From a candidate division FCPU426 bacterium (GTDB lineage: Bacteria > Oederibacteriota > Muellerivitia > Muellerivitales > Muellerivitaceae): DNA of 64,000 nt. Shown piece by piece: positions 1-10,449 of the stretch. The position numbers and the translations under genes were made by a program. How positions within the stretch are numbered: position 1 is the stretch's first letter; each line of letters opens with the position of its first letter. The stretch is taken from NCBI GenBank assembly GCA_963796105.1, contig CAWCKJ010000004.1, forward strand, positions 640,001 through 704,000. Reading direction: 5' to 3'. The notes below the pieces were generated by a model, which made no database searches, had not been told where the DNA came from, and saw only the letters and a list, made by a program, of their open reading frames with translations.

Positions 1-90
1 GATTTTGCTAGTTACTCCGGGTAACAGATTGAAAAATGGATTTAAAGGCGCGAAAGAAGTCCTTGGGCTTGTCTGGATTTTCGGGAAGAT

Positions 91-462
91 TCAGGAGGTA
101 TGTGAAAACTTTTCCAAATAAGCCCTCAATTGCTCCTTCTCGTTTCGGCGCATGGACAGGAACCGCAGGCCGCTTCCCTTTCCGTTGGTCCAGACCACTT
201 CGGCCAGGGGAGCCACAATGTCCAACCCGTCCTGGAGGGAAATATAGAGGCGAAGGAGGTATCCCGTTTTCAAGACATGGTTCGTCAGCAGGTAAATGCC
301 CCCCAGGCTGATATCCACCGACCTAGCGCCCCCATCGCCTTTCTGCCGGAGCAGGATAAGTTCCGTTTCCTTCGGTTCCGAGATCACGCGGTAACCCACC
401 CGGACCTGGACCAGGGACCTCCGATAGACACGGTTCTCGACGAAAAGTTCAGCCTCGCGCAT
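91..462 (-). CDS. PilZ domain protein (putative c-di-GMP receptor)
   Basis: RxxxR (RVYRR) and DxSxGG (DISLGG) motifs, AEVVW...GLRF; paralog of 25129..25500. Confidence 0.85.
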   Translation of the reverse strand: MREAELFVENRVYRRSLVQVRVGYRVISEPKETELILLRQKGDGGARSVDISLGGIYLLTNHVLKTGYLLRLYISLQDGLDIVAPLAEVVWTNGKGSGLRFLSMRRNEKEQLRAYLEKFSHTS

Positions 463-482
463 GGGGTCTCTCCGCTTTATCC

Positions 483-860
483 TTAGGATTGGGAATATCT
501 CTGCTCGCCAAAAGCCTTGACTGCGTCCTGCTGGGTCTTCAGGACTTGAAATATCCTATCCAGGTCCAACAACTCGAAGACATGCTGGATCTCGGAATGG
601 ATGTGGGTAAGAATGATGTCCCCGCCTTTTTTCCGGGCGAGGTGGATGAAATGCATGAGCACCCCGACCCCGGCGCTGGAGATGTAGGAAAGGTTGGCCA
701 GGTTGAGGATGATGCGGTTCTTGTTTCTTTTCATGATGAGGTCTTGGAGCGTGTTTTGCAGAATGTCGGCGGTGGTGATATCCAGAACCCCGTCCACCTC
801 AAGGGTGATGACCTCGGTTCCGTTAACCATTTCCCGCGCCTTGAAAGACTGTGCTTCCAT
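483..860 (-). CDS. STAS domain anti-sigma factor antagonist
   Basis: GVLD...IILNLANLSYISSAG motif typical of SpoIIAA/RsbV. Confidence 0.9.
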   Translation of the reverse strand: MEAQSFKAREMVNGTEVITLEVDGVLDITTADILQNTLQDLIMKRNKNRIILNLANLSYISSAGVGVLMHFIHLARKKGGDIILTHIHSEIQHVFELLDLDRIFQVLKTQQDAVKAFGEQRYSQS

Positions 861-1172
861 AGATTTCCCCTTTCACCTCGCCCCAATAACTATTCGCAAA
901 AACCATTCCAATTTCGGGACCTTAGGCCAAAAAGGATGAAGCTCTCGGGGTAATGCATAACGGCTGGACCTGGTTAACGTTAAATCAAGGAGCTTAAATA
1001 GTTTATTGGACGATAATTTTCAGGGGAAATTGCACAAGGATTAACCCATTTGGGCTAACCAACGGGCGGTTTGTTTCAGAAAGTTTGCGGAAACGAGGGA
1101 TTTTGTCAGTTTTTAGGCTGAACCCGGGCATTTTTTTGACTTACAGGAAAGCCGCCGTCAAGGAGGAAAGTT

Positions 1173-2534
1173 TTACCTGACTTCCATCCTCCGGAGCCGG
1201 CAAACTTTTTCAGCCTCGGGCGACCCCTTTAAAAAAACCGCGAAGTAGCCTGCGTCCCCGTTCCTGAAAGCCTCGGCTGGATAATTGGTCTGGATTCCGC
1301 TGTTAATCGCCCGCGAAATCCAGGTGAGAGACGACCGGATGGCGTCGAGCCTGAAAAAGTCAGGGACCAGGTCAAAGGAGCGGTTCATGTAATCCTTGTA
1401 GGATTTGTATTGGTAGGGCCCCGCGGGTTCCGAGAAGGAGGCCGCGATGGGGGAATGGATATCCAACAGCATCATGTTCCTGATCCCCATTTCCCGGCAA
1501 ACGGCCGCCAGCACGCAGGGCGGGGTGTAGAGGGTCCAGATCACCCCGAAGCGGTGGTGCTTGTCCGTGAATAGGTAGGACCTGGCGACGTCGTCGTAAA
1601 AGGAGCAGAAGGCGTTGGGGAACTCGTCCGGGCCGGGTTTTCCGTTCTCCAGCACCATGAAGCGGTTTTGGACGCAGGTCCTGATTTTCCTCTTATCCTC
1701 CAATTTCCAGTAGGTGCCCAGGGCCATGTGGCCGTCCTCATAAATGGCGCAGGTGGCCATCTCGGGCTGGTTCGTCATGAATTTCCGGAATTCATACCGG
1801 AATCCAGCGTAACGCGTCTGGTCCACCGGCACGCCCCAATTGACCGCGTTGTCCACGTGGTCGAAGGTGCCGTTGATGATTCCCAGGAGCCCTTTGGAGT
1901 CCTGGATCAAGGCATAGTCCATCTTCTTCCCCTTCCGCTCGTCCTGGGTCGCCAGGGCCAGCCATTCCCTCTGCCGGGAGCGGTCTCCTCCCTTGAACTG
2001 CATTTTCCCCGGGTAATAAAGGCATTGGGCCTGCCTCGTGTCGAAGGACAAGTAAAAAACCATGGCCCTGTCCCTCATCATGTCCACATTGTCCAAAAGG
2101 AGCTTTCTGGATTTGGGCCCGAGGAATTTGAAGTCCTTGATGCGTTGAAGGTATTGCCGGAAATACTTTTTCGCCCCCTTGTGATACTTAACCCGGTATC
2201 CGGCGTAGATAGCGGTGGCGGCGGGACTTCCGGCGTTGAAGTCCACCGCGCATGGGGCTGAGAAAGGGAACCCTTTCTTATTTTCCAGTCGCTGTTTAGC
2301 CCAGTCCACGGGAAGAACGAAGGGCCGCTCCTTCCTAGTCAAGCGCCTGGTTTTGGGGAGATGTATTTTCAAAAGACCCTCGTAAAGCCACTCGCCGGCT
2401 TTCCGGTAAAAATACCCGCGGATGACCGATACTTCCCTCCCCTCCGCTTGGCCGGACAGGAAGTGGAAAGGACTAAACAATAAAGCCAAAAGGATCAGGA
2501 TAAGCTTGGAACGGTTATTTAACATGGAGGGCAA
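1173..2534 (-). CDS. exported hypothetical protein, possibly distant phosphodiester glycosidase (NAGPA-like)
   Basis: Signal peptide; GIINGTF, ARSYL and MMLLD segments loosely resemble NAGPA motifs. Confidence 0.45.
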   Translation of the reverse strand: MPSMLNNRSKLILILLALLFSPFHFLSGQAEGREVSVIRGYFYRKAGEWLYEGLLKIHLPKTRRLTRKERPFVLPVDWAKQRLENKKGFPFSAPCAVDFNAGSPAATAIYAGYRVKYHKGAKKYFRQYLQRIKDFKFLGPKSRKLLLDNVDMMRDRAMVFYLSFDTRQAQCLYYPGKMQFKGGDRSRQREWLALATQDERKGKKMDYALIQDSKGLLGIINGTFDHVDNAVNWGVPVDQTRYAGFRYEFRKFMTNQPEMATCAIYEDGHMALGTYWKLEDKRKIRTCVQNRFMVLENGKPGPDEFPNAFCSFYDDVARSYLFTDKHHRFGVIWTLYTPPCVLAAVCREMGIRNMMLLDIHSPIAASFSEPAGPYQYKSYKDYMNRSFDLVPDFFRLDAIRSSLTWISRAINSGIQTNYPAEAFRNGDAGYFAVFLKGSPEAEKVCRLRRMEVR

Positions 2535-2856
2535 ATTGCGCCTTCTTTGTATGAATCAATAAAACTGGCAGAAACGCCTTACCACGGGCAATGAAAATCT
2601 TGTTTTGTTATAAGTCCGTTAAACAAAAGCAAGCCACAAGACATATAACGCAACCAAAAAATACTGCGCTAAAACAAGCCAATAAGCCAAAGCGCTGTCT
2701 TTTTTTTAAATTCAGCGAATAATAAAAAAGTTTCTTTTGTTTTTAACCCCAGGGAAAAAAGAGCTAAAAGCAATAACCCCAAGCCCATTTCCAGCATCTC
2801 GCCGATATGGAAGTGATTCATTTTAATTTCATCTCCTGTAATCCAATGCAAGAAGC

Positions 2857-3888
2857 CTAATGAACCGGCAAAAGGCCTTTCATGGAAAGCATAAGCTCAA
2901 TCGTTGACCATCCATTCATTACGATATGGAAAACAATGCAGGTCCACAAGGAGCCGGTTTTCAGGCGCAAATAGGATACGTAAGACCCGAAAATGATTAA
3001 TAAAACGATATAGAAATAATCGTATTGAAGATGTAAATGCGCCCAGAATATAGAAGTGATCAGTGCCGCCTTCACATTGCCGAGTCTTGAGTGCCTCAAA
3101 CCTTCAAAAAGAAAACCACGGAAAAAGACTTCCTCGAAAATCGGGCCCAATAGCACGATGGCGATTAAAAGCATCGCGGGATTACCGCAAGTCACGTAGT
3201 AATCTTTCATTATGGGAGGGACAATTTCTTTTCCCGTGGCAAATATTAAAAAGTCACCGGCTGTACAGCATCCGATGGAAATACCAGCGACGGATAGTGC
3301 TGTTTTCCAACTTATCGGTTTGAGCGACAAGTAATCGGAAAAATTAGCGCCTTTTTTAAGTTTGATGGCAATCCAGACAAGGCTTAAACCAAACAAGCCG
3401 CCCACAATGGTGCATATGCTAAGAACATGTCCATTGGTCGCCAAGCTCTTGAGCTGGTCCATGCTTCCCTGCCCCGCATCCTGATGAAGGCGAGAGACCC
3501 ATATGATTATCAGCGGTGTAAATTGGAAAATCACCCAGCCGATAAAGATTAAAAACCCCAATCCCACGGTCGCCCAAGGGCTCCAAATGATTTTTTGAAC
3601 CGTCTCCGGGAAGTTCCAATACATTAAAAAGGACGGGGATTTGGAACGTATCTCTTCCAGCTTCTCATTCCGAACGTTTCCAGCGGGTTCCCTGTTGTTG
3701 GTTTCTAAAGACTTGCCCTGAGTGAACTCGATGGGCTTCCCGAGACTGGGCATACCCGTGGGAACTTTTTTACCCTTTTCATTTTTTTCTCTTTCAAAAC
3801 GGGCGCGCATCTCCAAAAAGCTTTCATTCCTCGTAAAGGGCACGCTATTCTTTTTCGGTTCTTCTGAATCAGAGCCAAATTTTTTCAT
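2857..3888 (-). CDS. CPBP (CAAX/Abi) family intramembrane metalloprotease
   Basis: EEVFFRG, FWAHLH and HIVMN motifs; multiple TM helices. Confidence 0.9.
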   Translation of the reverse strand: MKKFGSDSEEPKKNSVPFTRNESFLEMRARFEREKNEKGKKVPTGMPSLGKPIEFTQGKSLETNNREPAGNVRNEKLEEIRSKSPSFLMYWNFPETVQKIIWSPWATVGLGFLIFIGWVIFQFTPLIIIWVSRLHQDAGQGSMDQLKSLATNGHVLSICTIVGGLFGLSLVWIAIKLKKGANFSDYLSLKPISWKTALSVAGISIGCCTAGDFLIFATGKEIVPPIMKDYYVTCGNPAMLLIAIVLLGPIFEEVFFRGFLFEGLRHSRLGNVKAALITSIFWAHLHLQYDYFYIVLLIIFGSYVSYLRLKTGSLWTCIVFHIVMNGWSTIELMLSMKGLLPVH

Positions 3889-4286
3889 TTGCTTCTCCCT
3901 TCCTCTCCTGTGCTTTTTGGCACCTCATGCACCGGGCGGACTTTCCACAGCCAGATCGTTAAGGCAACCACGAATAGAATGAGGCCAGAGAAAATAATGG
4001 TATCAGTCGTGTTTAAAAAGACGCCGGGAGGCGAGCCCGTGGATATCGCGTAAACATCCTTGAAAATGACATAGAGGTAAAAAGAGCTTCCGAGCAGGAA
4101 AGGAATGAATACCGCGATCCAACCGATATTGGTCGGGTAGAGGTATTGGGCGAGGCAGATGACGGCTGGTACGCAATAAACCAGGAACCCTCCATCCTCA
4201 ATACTCTCATAGGCGAATAAAAGAAAGACGACCCCGCAAAGAAGATAGACCGGGCTTTTTTTGATGCGAATCAGGAATTTTGGCAT
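3885..4286 (-). CDS. hypothetical membrane protein
   Basis: 133 aa, about 4 hydrophobic helices; stop overlaps the CPBP start. Confidence 0.65.
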   Translation of the reverse strand: MPKFLIRIKKSPVYLLCGVVFLLFAYESIEDGGFLVYCVPAVICLAQYLYPTNIGWIAVFIPFLLGSSFYLYVIFKDVYAISTGSPPGVFLNTTDTIIFSGLILFVVALTIWLWKVRPVHEVPKSTGEEGRSK

Positions 4287-4542
4287 TTTAATATTTCCTT
4301 ATACCCCGCGGACTTCCAGTGAGTTTGAGGCGCTTCTTAACACAGAACTTAAAATTTAAATTGCCAACATTTTACTGCTTGGAGATACGCGGCGGGAAAA
4401 CTTCGAGTAAACACGGAAACTAAATGAGTACTTGGAGGGCAACAAATGAATATGGAAATTTAACGATAGAACTGCCTCAAGCGCGGCTATCAAGGGACGA
4501 CCCTTTGGGTCGCGGTTGGCGCCCTGCCAAGACCCGCGAACC

Positions 4543-4959
4543 TCAGGCGTTGGCCCTTTCCAAGACCCGCTCCGGGTTCCGCCTCTCGGCCGGATAATAC
4601 AACGCTCCATTGAAGTGGTTAATCGCGTCCTCAACCGTATTCATAACGTTCAATAGGCGCGGAAGCTCCAGGATTTCGAAAACCTCTTGAACCTTGTCGT
4701 TGATATGGGTCAGGATCAGGTCCCCGTTGCTATTCTTGAGATGCCGGTTGAAATACAACAATATCCCCATGCCCGCGCTCGAGATATAGTTGAGTTTTTT
4801 CAGGTTGAGGATCAACTTTATCTTCTTGTCCAGGATAAGTTCCTGGATTTTGGACTCGAAATGGCCGACGGTAGAACTGTCCACGGATCCATTCACCTCC
4901 AGGATCACTATCTCGGATAGGGTTGAGTCTTCCCGCGTCGCGAATGACAAGGTATCCAT
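4543..4959 (-). CDS. STAS domain anti-sigma factor antagonist
   Basis: GSVDS...LILNLKKLNYISSAG. Confidence 0.9.
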   Translation of the reverse strand: MDTLSFATREDSTLSEIVILEVNGSVDSSTVGHFESKIQELILDKKIKLILNLKKLNYISSAGMGILLYFNRHLKNSNGDLILTHINDKVQEVFEILELPRLLNVMNTVEDAINHFNGALYYPAERRNPERVLERANA

Positions 4960-5415
4960 AGCCCATTCCTTTCACCGGCTGATTCTTTTCCAACCAAAGA
5001 GGAAATAACTTGAGGCCCAATAGGGGACATTTGCATAAGAGTTAATGGAGGTTCTTCAGGAAGATGCCCATCCGGTCCGAAGGCCGGGGTGAGCAAGGTA
5101 AGGATAACTTTCCAAGGAAGGCAATCATTGGAAGCGCGGAAAACTTACTGCTGTTATAAATTGTACCACTGAATTTTATTTCCGCGGAACAAGCGAATTT
5201 TTAAACGCGGATAGTGTCAAGAAAAAGTCAGTTCATTTCTTTTCATAAACATTTGGACAAATCCTAAAATTATTAAAAAACAACGTCTCAATAAGTTTCT
5301 TGAAAAACGGATGAGCGCTAAATCTCCTGGCAACAAAAAAATCGGGGGTTATGGGTGAAATAGGCGGGGAAATAATTTTTAATCGGAGAAAAAAATCAGG
5401 AAATATTTTTCAACC

Positions 5416-5637
5416 TTATTTCGTTTTGGGCCCCTTCACTTTCAGCGCGGAGAGCAATGCCTTTTGGGATTTGATGTTCTTGATCTGGAACCCGGAGGGC
5501 TGGAAATTATTTTTCCCATCCACGTAGGAAAACTCTATTTTCAATTCGTTCTTGATCCTCACCACCTGGGCAATGTGCTCAGTATTCACGTAATGCGTGC
5601 AGTTATCCGAACCCAGCAAAGTCACGAACATAGCCAC
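5416..5637 (-). CDS. small hypothetical protein
   Basis: 73-aa ORF with protein-like composition (YVNTEHIAQV). Confidence 0.45.
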   Translation of the reverse strand: MAMFVTLLGSDNCTHYVNTEHIAQVVRIKNELKIEFSYVDGKNNFQPSGFQIKNIKSQKALLSALKVKGPKTK

Positions 5638-5707
5638 TTCCGATTGAATTTTTTGTTATGCGTGATGAAGGGTATACGCTACTAACCTGTCCCCGTCAAT
5701 GAGGCGG

Positions 5708-7411
5708 TTAATGCCCGATCCAGGTGTCCGGGGGACCGTTCCTCCGGTAGGGCGGGATGCCCTTGTCGTAATAGGGGAAGGAATCCACGCCCTTGGAGTC
5801 GTTCTTGTAGGCCGGGTCAAAGACGCCCGGGATCTCGTAATAAAACATGGTCCCTCCCACATTGCCCGTGGGGGGAGTCTTGCCCAGCCAGGGGCTGATC
5901 GCTGTGATGCGCTCCAGGAAAACCGGGTGGTCGTAGAGGAGCGAGGGCTCGTAAACGTAAACCATCCCGGGCTGGGGCTGGACGAAGTCCTGCACCGTCC
6001 ATGGCATCCAATTCAACCCGTAGAAATAGGGGTCCGTCCTCTGCTCGGTAAGCAGTTTCACCATCTTCCATCCCCGCTCCAGGCCCGTCTCGGCGAGCCG
6101 CTTCATGTCCTGCCCCAGGTTCCAGTTGAAGGAATAAAGGAGGCTGGGCTTATTTTGTGCGTCGAGAAGCTCGTTGGCGTAGGCGATGTGATAGGGAAAA
6201 GCGCGGATCACGCTCCCGGCGTGAAACATGAGCAATCCCAACAGCAGGGCCTTCGGCCAGGCCCTGGGAAAATTCCGGCTCTTGCTCCAGAGCCACTGGA
6301 AGGCCCTGGCCGCGATGAGGATCAGGAAGGGATAGCTTGGGAGGGCGTGGCGGATATCCATGCTCTTGTCGAACGCCCAGAAAAGCCCCAGGTAAACAGC
6401 AGGCGGCACCCAGACCCAAGGATAGAAAAAACCTTTTTTCAACAAACCGAGGACTGTCCCCGCCCCCAGGAGGATCAAGAAAGGGATCGTGTTCTTGAAG
6501 AAGAAATGGTAGGGGAAGCAGAGGTAGGAGCCGTCCTTCCAGGCTCTGCCAGCGAAATAAACGAACTGGTCCCCCACTTCCCTCAGTTGTCCGAAATAGG
6601 CGGCCATGTTCAGGTAAAAAACGGTGGTCGGAAGATAGTGCTTGAGGGAGACGAAAGGTCCGGAAAGATAAACTACATTGATGACCACGATGAAACCAGC
6701 CAGGCCTGAGAGCCAGGGGCGTAAACGTTTCCGGAGGCTTTTGAGCCCACCGCCCGCGGTGAGGGCATAGTGGATTTCCATCGCCAGGAGCACCGGCAGG
6801 ATCAGCATTCCGTTGTAGCGGACCGAAGCTGTCAGGGCTGTCAGCATTCCCGCCCAAAAAAAAGGCAACAACTTTTCCTGGGTTTGGACTTTTTTGAAAT
6901 ATAGAACGCAGAGGAAAAACCAGAAGGCCACCGAAAGGTCGGTCTTGGCCGTTCCGCTGAAGGCCAGCAAGGTCGGCTCGAAGGCCCAAAGGGCCAGCGC
7001 CGAGAGGCCCAGGGGCAGGGGCCCGTCCCTTACGGCCCAAAAAAGAAGGAACCCGATCAAGAGCCCGATCACCCAATCCACGCTCCGGCACCAGAGCGTG
7101 ATTTCCCCCAGCTTCCCAGGGTTGTCCATATATAGAAGGCTCAAGGACCTTGGGCGCCAGTCCTGGCTGATGTGCAGGTTGACTTTCAAGTCCATGAACA
7201 TGAGGGGCAGGCCGCAGAGGGCGCCGGGGAGAGTGGTCCCCCCGCCAGTCATCACGTCCCCGAACTTCAGGTAGTAATAGGACGCTGTCAGGTTCCATTC
7301 CTCGTCCATGATGATGGAATCGCCCTTCCAGCGGGGGATGACCTGCAGGCTGAAAGCCAGGGCGCAGAGCAGGAAGCAACTGAGGAGGGTTTTCCGGGAA
7401 TTTTCCATCAC
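5708..7411 (-). CDS. ArnT/PMT-like (GT-C, family 39-like) membrane glycosyltransferase
   Basis: N-terminal MDE motif, many TM helices, AKTDL, IRHALP and NWNLGQD segments. Confidence 0.8.
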   Translation of the reverse strand: MMENSRKTLLSCFLLCALAFSLQVIPRWKGDSIIMDEEWNLTASYYYLKFGDVMTGGGTTLPGALCGLPLMFMDLKVNLHISQDWRPRSLSLLYMDNPGKLGEITLWCRSVDWVIGLLIGFLLFWAVRDGPLPLGLSALALWAFEPTLLAFSGTAKTDLSVAFWFFLCVLYFKKVQTQEKLLPFFWAGMLTALTASVRYNGMLILPVLLAMEIHYALTAGGGLKSLRKRLRPWLSGLAGFIVVINVVYLSGPFVSLKHYLPTTVFYLNMAAYFGQLREVGDQFVYFAGRAWKDGSYLCFPYHFFFKNTIPFLILLGAGTVLGLLKKGFFYPWVWVPPAVYLGLFWAFDKSMDIRHALPSYPFLILIAARAFQWLWSKSRNFPRAWPKALLLGLLMFHAGSVIRAFPYHIAYANELLDAQNKPSLLYSFNWNLGQDMKRLAETGLERGWKMVKLLTEQRTDPYFYGLNWMPWTVQDFVQPQPGMVYVYEPSLLYDHPVFLERITAISPWLGKTPPTGNVGGTMFYYEIPGVFDPAYKNDSKGVDSFPYYDKGIPPYRRNGPPDTWIGH

Positions 7412-7493
7412 CGGATTATAACCAAGGGATTCGGCGCCACCAAGTTCGCTCAGGGTTGAAAAGAGGACTGGGTGTGGGGGGGATTTCCGATCG

Positions 7494-8479
7494 CATGCTT
7501 CTGTATTAAGTGACCCTTGAAATAAAGGAATACATAGGTATACTGTCCGCTACGGGAGGTGGTACATGAGCTACCAGCGGATGAAAAGCATTAAAATTCT
7601 GAGGAAAATCCACACGGAAGAAGAAGCCCGCCAATGGGTGTGGAGATGCCGTTTCGGCGGGAAAGACTTTGTTTGTCCCCAATGTGAGGGCGAAAGCTTC
7701 TGGCAACACCAGGCCAAGCCTGAAGTGAGGGAATGTGACTATTGCCGGAAACGTCTTCGGCTTCGCGCCGGGACGATTTTTGAAAGCTCCAAGCTGCCTC
7801 TTTTAACCTGGGTCAGGGCCATCAGTTTGATGATGCAGGGCAAACGGGGTATTTCGGCCCTGGAACTGAAGCGGCATTTAAATCTTTCGGATCATTCGGC
7901 ATGGCTTCTATTGCATAAGATCCGGGAAGGTCTTAGGCAAAAGGACGAAAGCTATACTCTAAAGGGCGTCATTGAGTTGGATGGGGCGGTTTTTGGGAAA
8001 AAGGCCAAGGAAAACCAAGTGGAAGTCTTGGTGGCGGTGGAAAGCAAGGAATGGGTGGATGAGAATGGTTGCAAGAAGGAAAAAGCGGGTTTTGCCAAGG
8101 TGAAGGTAGCTATGGAAACCAAGTGGGAGAGCCAGGAATTCGTGAATCAGACTATGGAAAAAGGCTCTTTCCTCAACACAGATGCTTCGCCAGCCTTGCG
8201 TGAACTCAAAGGAGTGGAGGCAGACTACCGGGTGATGGCCAATGACCCGAAAGAGTTGGAAAGTTGGTTGCCCTGGGTACACCGGTTCATTTCCAACGCC
8301 AAGGCCTGGATCATTGGAACTCATCATGGCGTTGATGCTAAGTATTTAGGCCGGTATCTAAGTGAATATGCCTATCGGTTCAACCGTCGTCATGATCCCG
8401 ATTCCTTATTTCACCGTGCTTTGACCGCATGTGCCTTAGCAAAACCCATTACAGCACGGTCACTTTGTGCATAAACATA
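7494..8479 (+). mobile_element. IS1595-family insertion sequence, 986 bp
   Basis: Imperfect 22-bp TIRs catgcttctgtattaagtgacc / ggtcactttgtgcataaacata; 8-bp direct repeat tccgatcg at 7486-7493 and 8480-8487. Confidence 0.9.
7566..8474 (+). CDS. IS1595 family transposase
   Basis: Zn ribbon CPQC..CDYC, AGTIF, ELDG, NTD, GTHHGV and YLSEYAYRFNRR motifs. Confidence 0.95.
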   Translation: MSYQRMKSIKILRKIHTEEEARQWVWRCRFGGKDFVCPQCEGESFWQHQAKPEVRECDYCRKRLRLRAGTIFESSKLPLLTWVRAISLMMQGKRGISALELKRHLNLSDHSAWLLLHKIREGLRQKDESYTLKGVIELDGAVFGKKAKENQVEVLVAVESKEWVDENGCKKEKAGFAKVKVAMETKWESQEFVNQTMEKGSFLNTDASPALRELKGVEADYRVMANDPKELESWLPWVHRFISNAKAWIIGTHHGVDAKYLGRYLSEYAYRFNRRHDPDSLFHRALTACALAKPITARSLCA

Positions 8480-8528
8480 TCCGATCGAGATTGACCTTTT
8501 CATGAAGGGTCCAATCCAGGGTCAACCT

Positions 8529-8906
8529 CTATTTTAAATAACCAAACACGATGTGAAATCCATTGCAATCTTCTATAAGGACTTCTCTTGTCCCATACTT
8601 CGTGTCGAGGGGACCGCGTGCGATTTTTACGTTTTTGGATTTAAGCTCTTCGGCCATGCCATCAACATCTTCAACCGCCAAAAACGCGTCATAACCCGTT
8701 CCGTGGACCGACCGGTTCGTTACGGCCAATCCCTTGGGAGACCTCACGAGGATGATTTCTACGGGGTCTCGATAGACCGGGACAAAGGGCTCGGGGCCAA
8801 ACCCTGCCCTCCCAATCCTGAAACCCAATTGATCCCGATAAAATTCCGCGGTTTTCTTTTCATCCGGAACCACGAAAACTGGTGCGATATTGGATATTTT
8901 AATCAT
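8529..8906 (-). CDS. VOC family (glyoxalase/bleomycin resistance) protein
   Basis: AEFYRDQLGF, VEDVD and YGTREVLIEDCNGFHIVF; start at ATG 8906 after GGAGG. Confidence 0.9.
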   Translation of the reverse strand: MIKISNIAPVFVVPDEKKTAEFYRDQLGFRIGRAGFGPEPFVPVYRDPVEIILVRSPKGLAVTNRSVHGTGYDAFLAVEDVDGMAEELKSKNVKIARGPLDTKYGTREVLIEDCNGFHIVFGYLK

Positions 8907-8979
8907 TCGCGCCTCCAGCCATGACCCTCTCGCGAACAAGTCATTAATTCAACACTTAAAATTCGCAATTCAGCGGTCA

Positions 8980-9663
8980 TCAACCTTTTGGTTTGAAGAA
9001 TCTTAACGTCTTTAAAACGGCTTTTTCTGAATCGAATTGATCTTTTGTCACTTGCCTAATGCCGGCAAAATCAGTGGGGTAGGTCAGCAGGTATTCGTCG
9101 ATTTCAACCCAGCGGTTTTTCCCCCGATAAAAAAAATACTTGATTTCCTCATTGCCGCTGACGCAAATGACTTTCTCGCCGCAGAGTTTAAAGATTTTCG
9201 CGGTCGGAAACGCCTTGGTCCTCGCGCCAAAAGGCAAATGAACCGCCTGGTATAAATCCTTCATCGAGTACTCGAAAGGCAGCCCAACGAAACAATTTCC
9301 TTTCGTAAAATTATTGTTCCATTTATTGACGGTGTCATCCGTGAAAGTATAAATCGTCATCATGTACTTTCCGCAGGTGGTCGGAAGCTCGATTTCCTCC
9401 TCGGCGTACGCGTTTTGCTGCTGATGGGGGGGCACAATATTTTCTCCCGATGGATAATTGATCGAAAAACCGTATTTTCCATTCAAGAGGGTTTTCCACG
9501 TGGCGATGGCGTCGGGGTTTGTTAAATAATACCCCCCCTCTTGGGGCGGGTCGCAAAAGGCCAATGGGAATGGAAATACCAACAGGCTGGCCCAAAACAA
9601 AAACAAACAATTAAATGTGATTTTCATGGAAGATCCAAACAAAACCTTTCTTACCTTGTCCAC
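8980..9663 (-). CDS. exported hypothetical protein
   Basis: Hydrophobic N-terminus; WKT..N.KYGFSINYP motif common in small secreted proteins. Confidence 0.6.
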   Translation of the reverse strand: MDKVRKVLFGSSMKITFNCLFLFWASLLVFPFPLAFCDPPQEGGYYLTNPDAIATWKTLLNGKYGFSINYPSGENIVPPHQQQNAYAEEEIELPTTCGKYMMTIYTFTDDTVNKWNNNFTKGNCFVGLPFEYSMKDLYQAVHLPFGARTKAFPTAKIFKLCGEKVICVSGNEEIKYFFYRGKNRWVEIDEYLLTYPTDFAGIRQVTKDQFDSEKAVLKTLRFFKPKG

Positions 9664-9684
9664 GCTTGCTCCCGGCCAAGGGTC

Positions 9685-9996
9685 TTATAAACCCAAGGCA
9701 AAAAAGAGGGCCTGCCGCACTTCCGACAGCTTTGAGGGGGGCAGTGTGGTGATGAGCCCGCCCAATTTCGCCTTCGGTACGGTCTGTATATGGTCGCAAT
9801 TGACGGCGCAATTCCTGGTCAAGCCGTCGTTTTGTCCCAATGGAACCTCACTTGGAATATTCCGTACGGTGGAAGTGAGGGGCGCTACCGTGACCTCAGC
9901 CAGGTATTCGATGATTGAATCCCGGGTCAGGATCAATACCGGGCGTTTCTTATCCGGGCGGGTGAATTGATACCAGCGAACCTCGCCCCGCTTCAT
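9685..9996 (-). CDS. PemK/MazF family toxin
   Basis: MKRGEV..KKRPVLIL..VAPLTS..NCDHIQTV. Confidence 0.92.
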   Translation of the reverse strand: MKRGEVRWYQFTRPDKKRPVLILTRDSIIEYLAEVTVAPLTSTVRNIPSEVPLGQNDGLTRNCAVNCDHIQTVPKAKLGGLITTLPPSKLSEVRQALFFALGL

Positions 9997-10241
9997 TCAT
10001 CGCCCCAGGCTTGTTCCTTCTCCCAAACCCCGGCTTCTTCCCTTGTGACCGGATGGGCCTTGTAGCCTTGACGATGCTGATCTTCCAATTGTCTCGTTTT
10101 CAGGTTGCGAAGCGCTTCCTTGAGGGCTGACCGGGTGAAAGCCGATCTGGTTGTCTTCAATCTCTTGGCGGCCTGATCCACCGACTTGACCAGGTCATTC
10201 TCCAACGTCATTTGAACCGTTCTCATGCCGTTCTCCTTCAA
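9993..10241 (-). CDS. ribbon-helix-helix antitoxin (MazE/CopG-type)
   Basis: TVQMTL..VDQAAK..TRSAFTR; overlaps the toxin start by 4 nt. Confidence 0.88.
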   Translation of the reverse strand: MKENGMRTVQMTLENDLVKSVDQAAKRLKTTRSAFTRSALKEALRNLKTRQLEDQHRQGYKAHPVTREEAGVWEKEQAWGDE

Positions 10242-10449
10242 TAGCTATTACAATAGCTATGATTATATACATTTTAAAAATGTTTTCAAGTATGGAGGCC
10301 AGTCCAATCACACTGAACTTCCCGAAAACCTGTTCCAATATCTTAAAAGCGCGTTTCCCCAGCGTATATTAAAACATGTTCCACAGGGTTTCCGGGCGTA
10401 TGAAATAACCTGATATAATATGACCTAAATCCTCGCCAACGGGTCAGAC

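Noticed and set aside
2669..2851. 60-aa hydrophobic ORF after the CPBP gene
   Set aside because: Short, with no clear RBS or motif. It could be a gene remnant, but I cannot support that.
4960..5110. c-di-GMP riboswitch upstream of the STAS gene
   Set aside because: A GC hairpin is present, but I could not find the GEMM consensus elements.
5699..7379. Long alternative ORFs 5699..6709(+) and 6150..7379(-)
   Set aside because: Shadow frames of the GC-rich glycosyltransferase gene, with no recognisable motifs.
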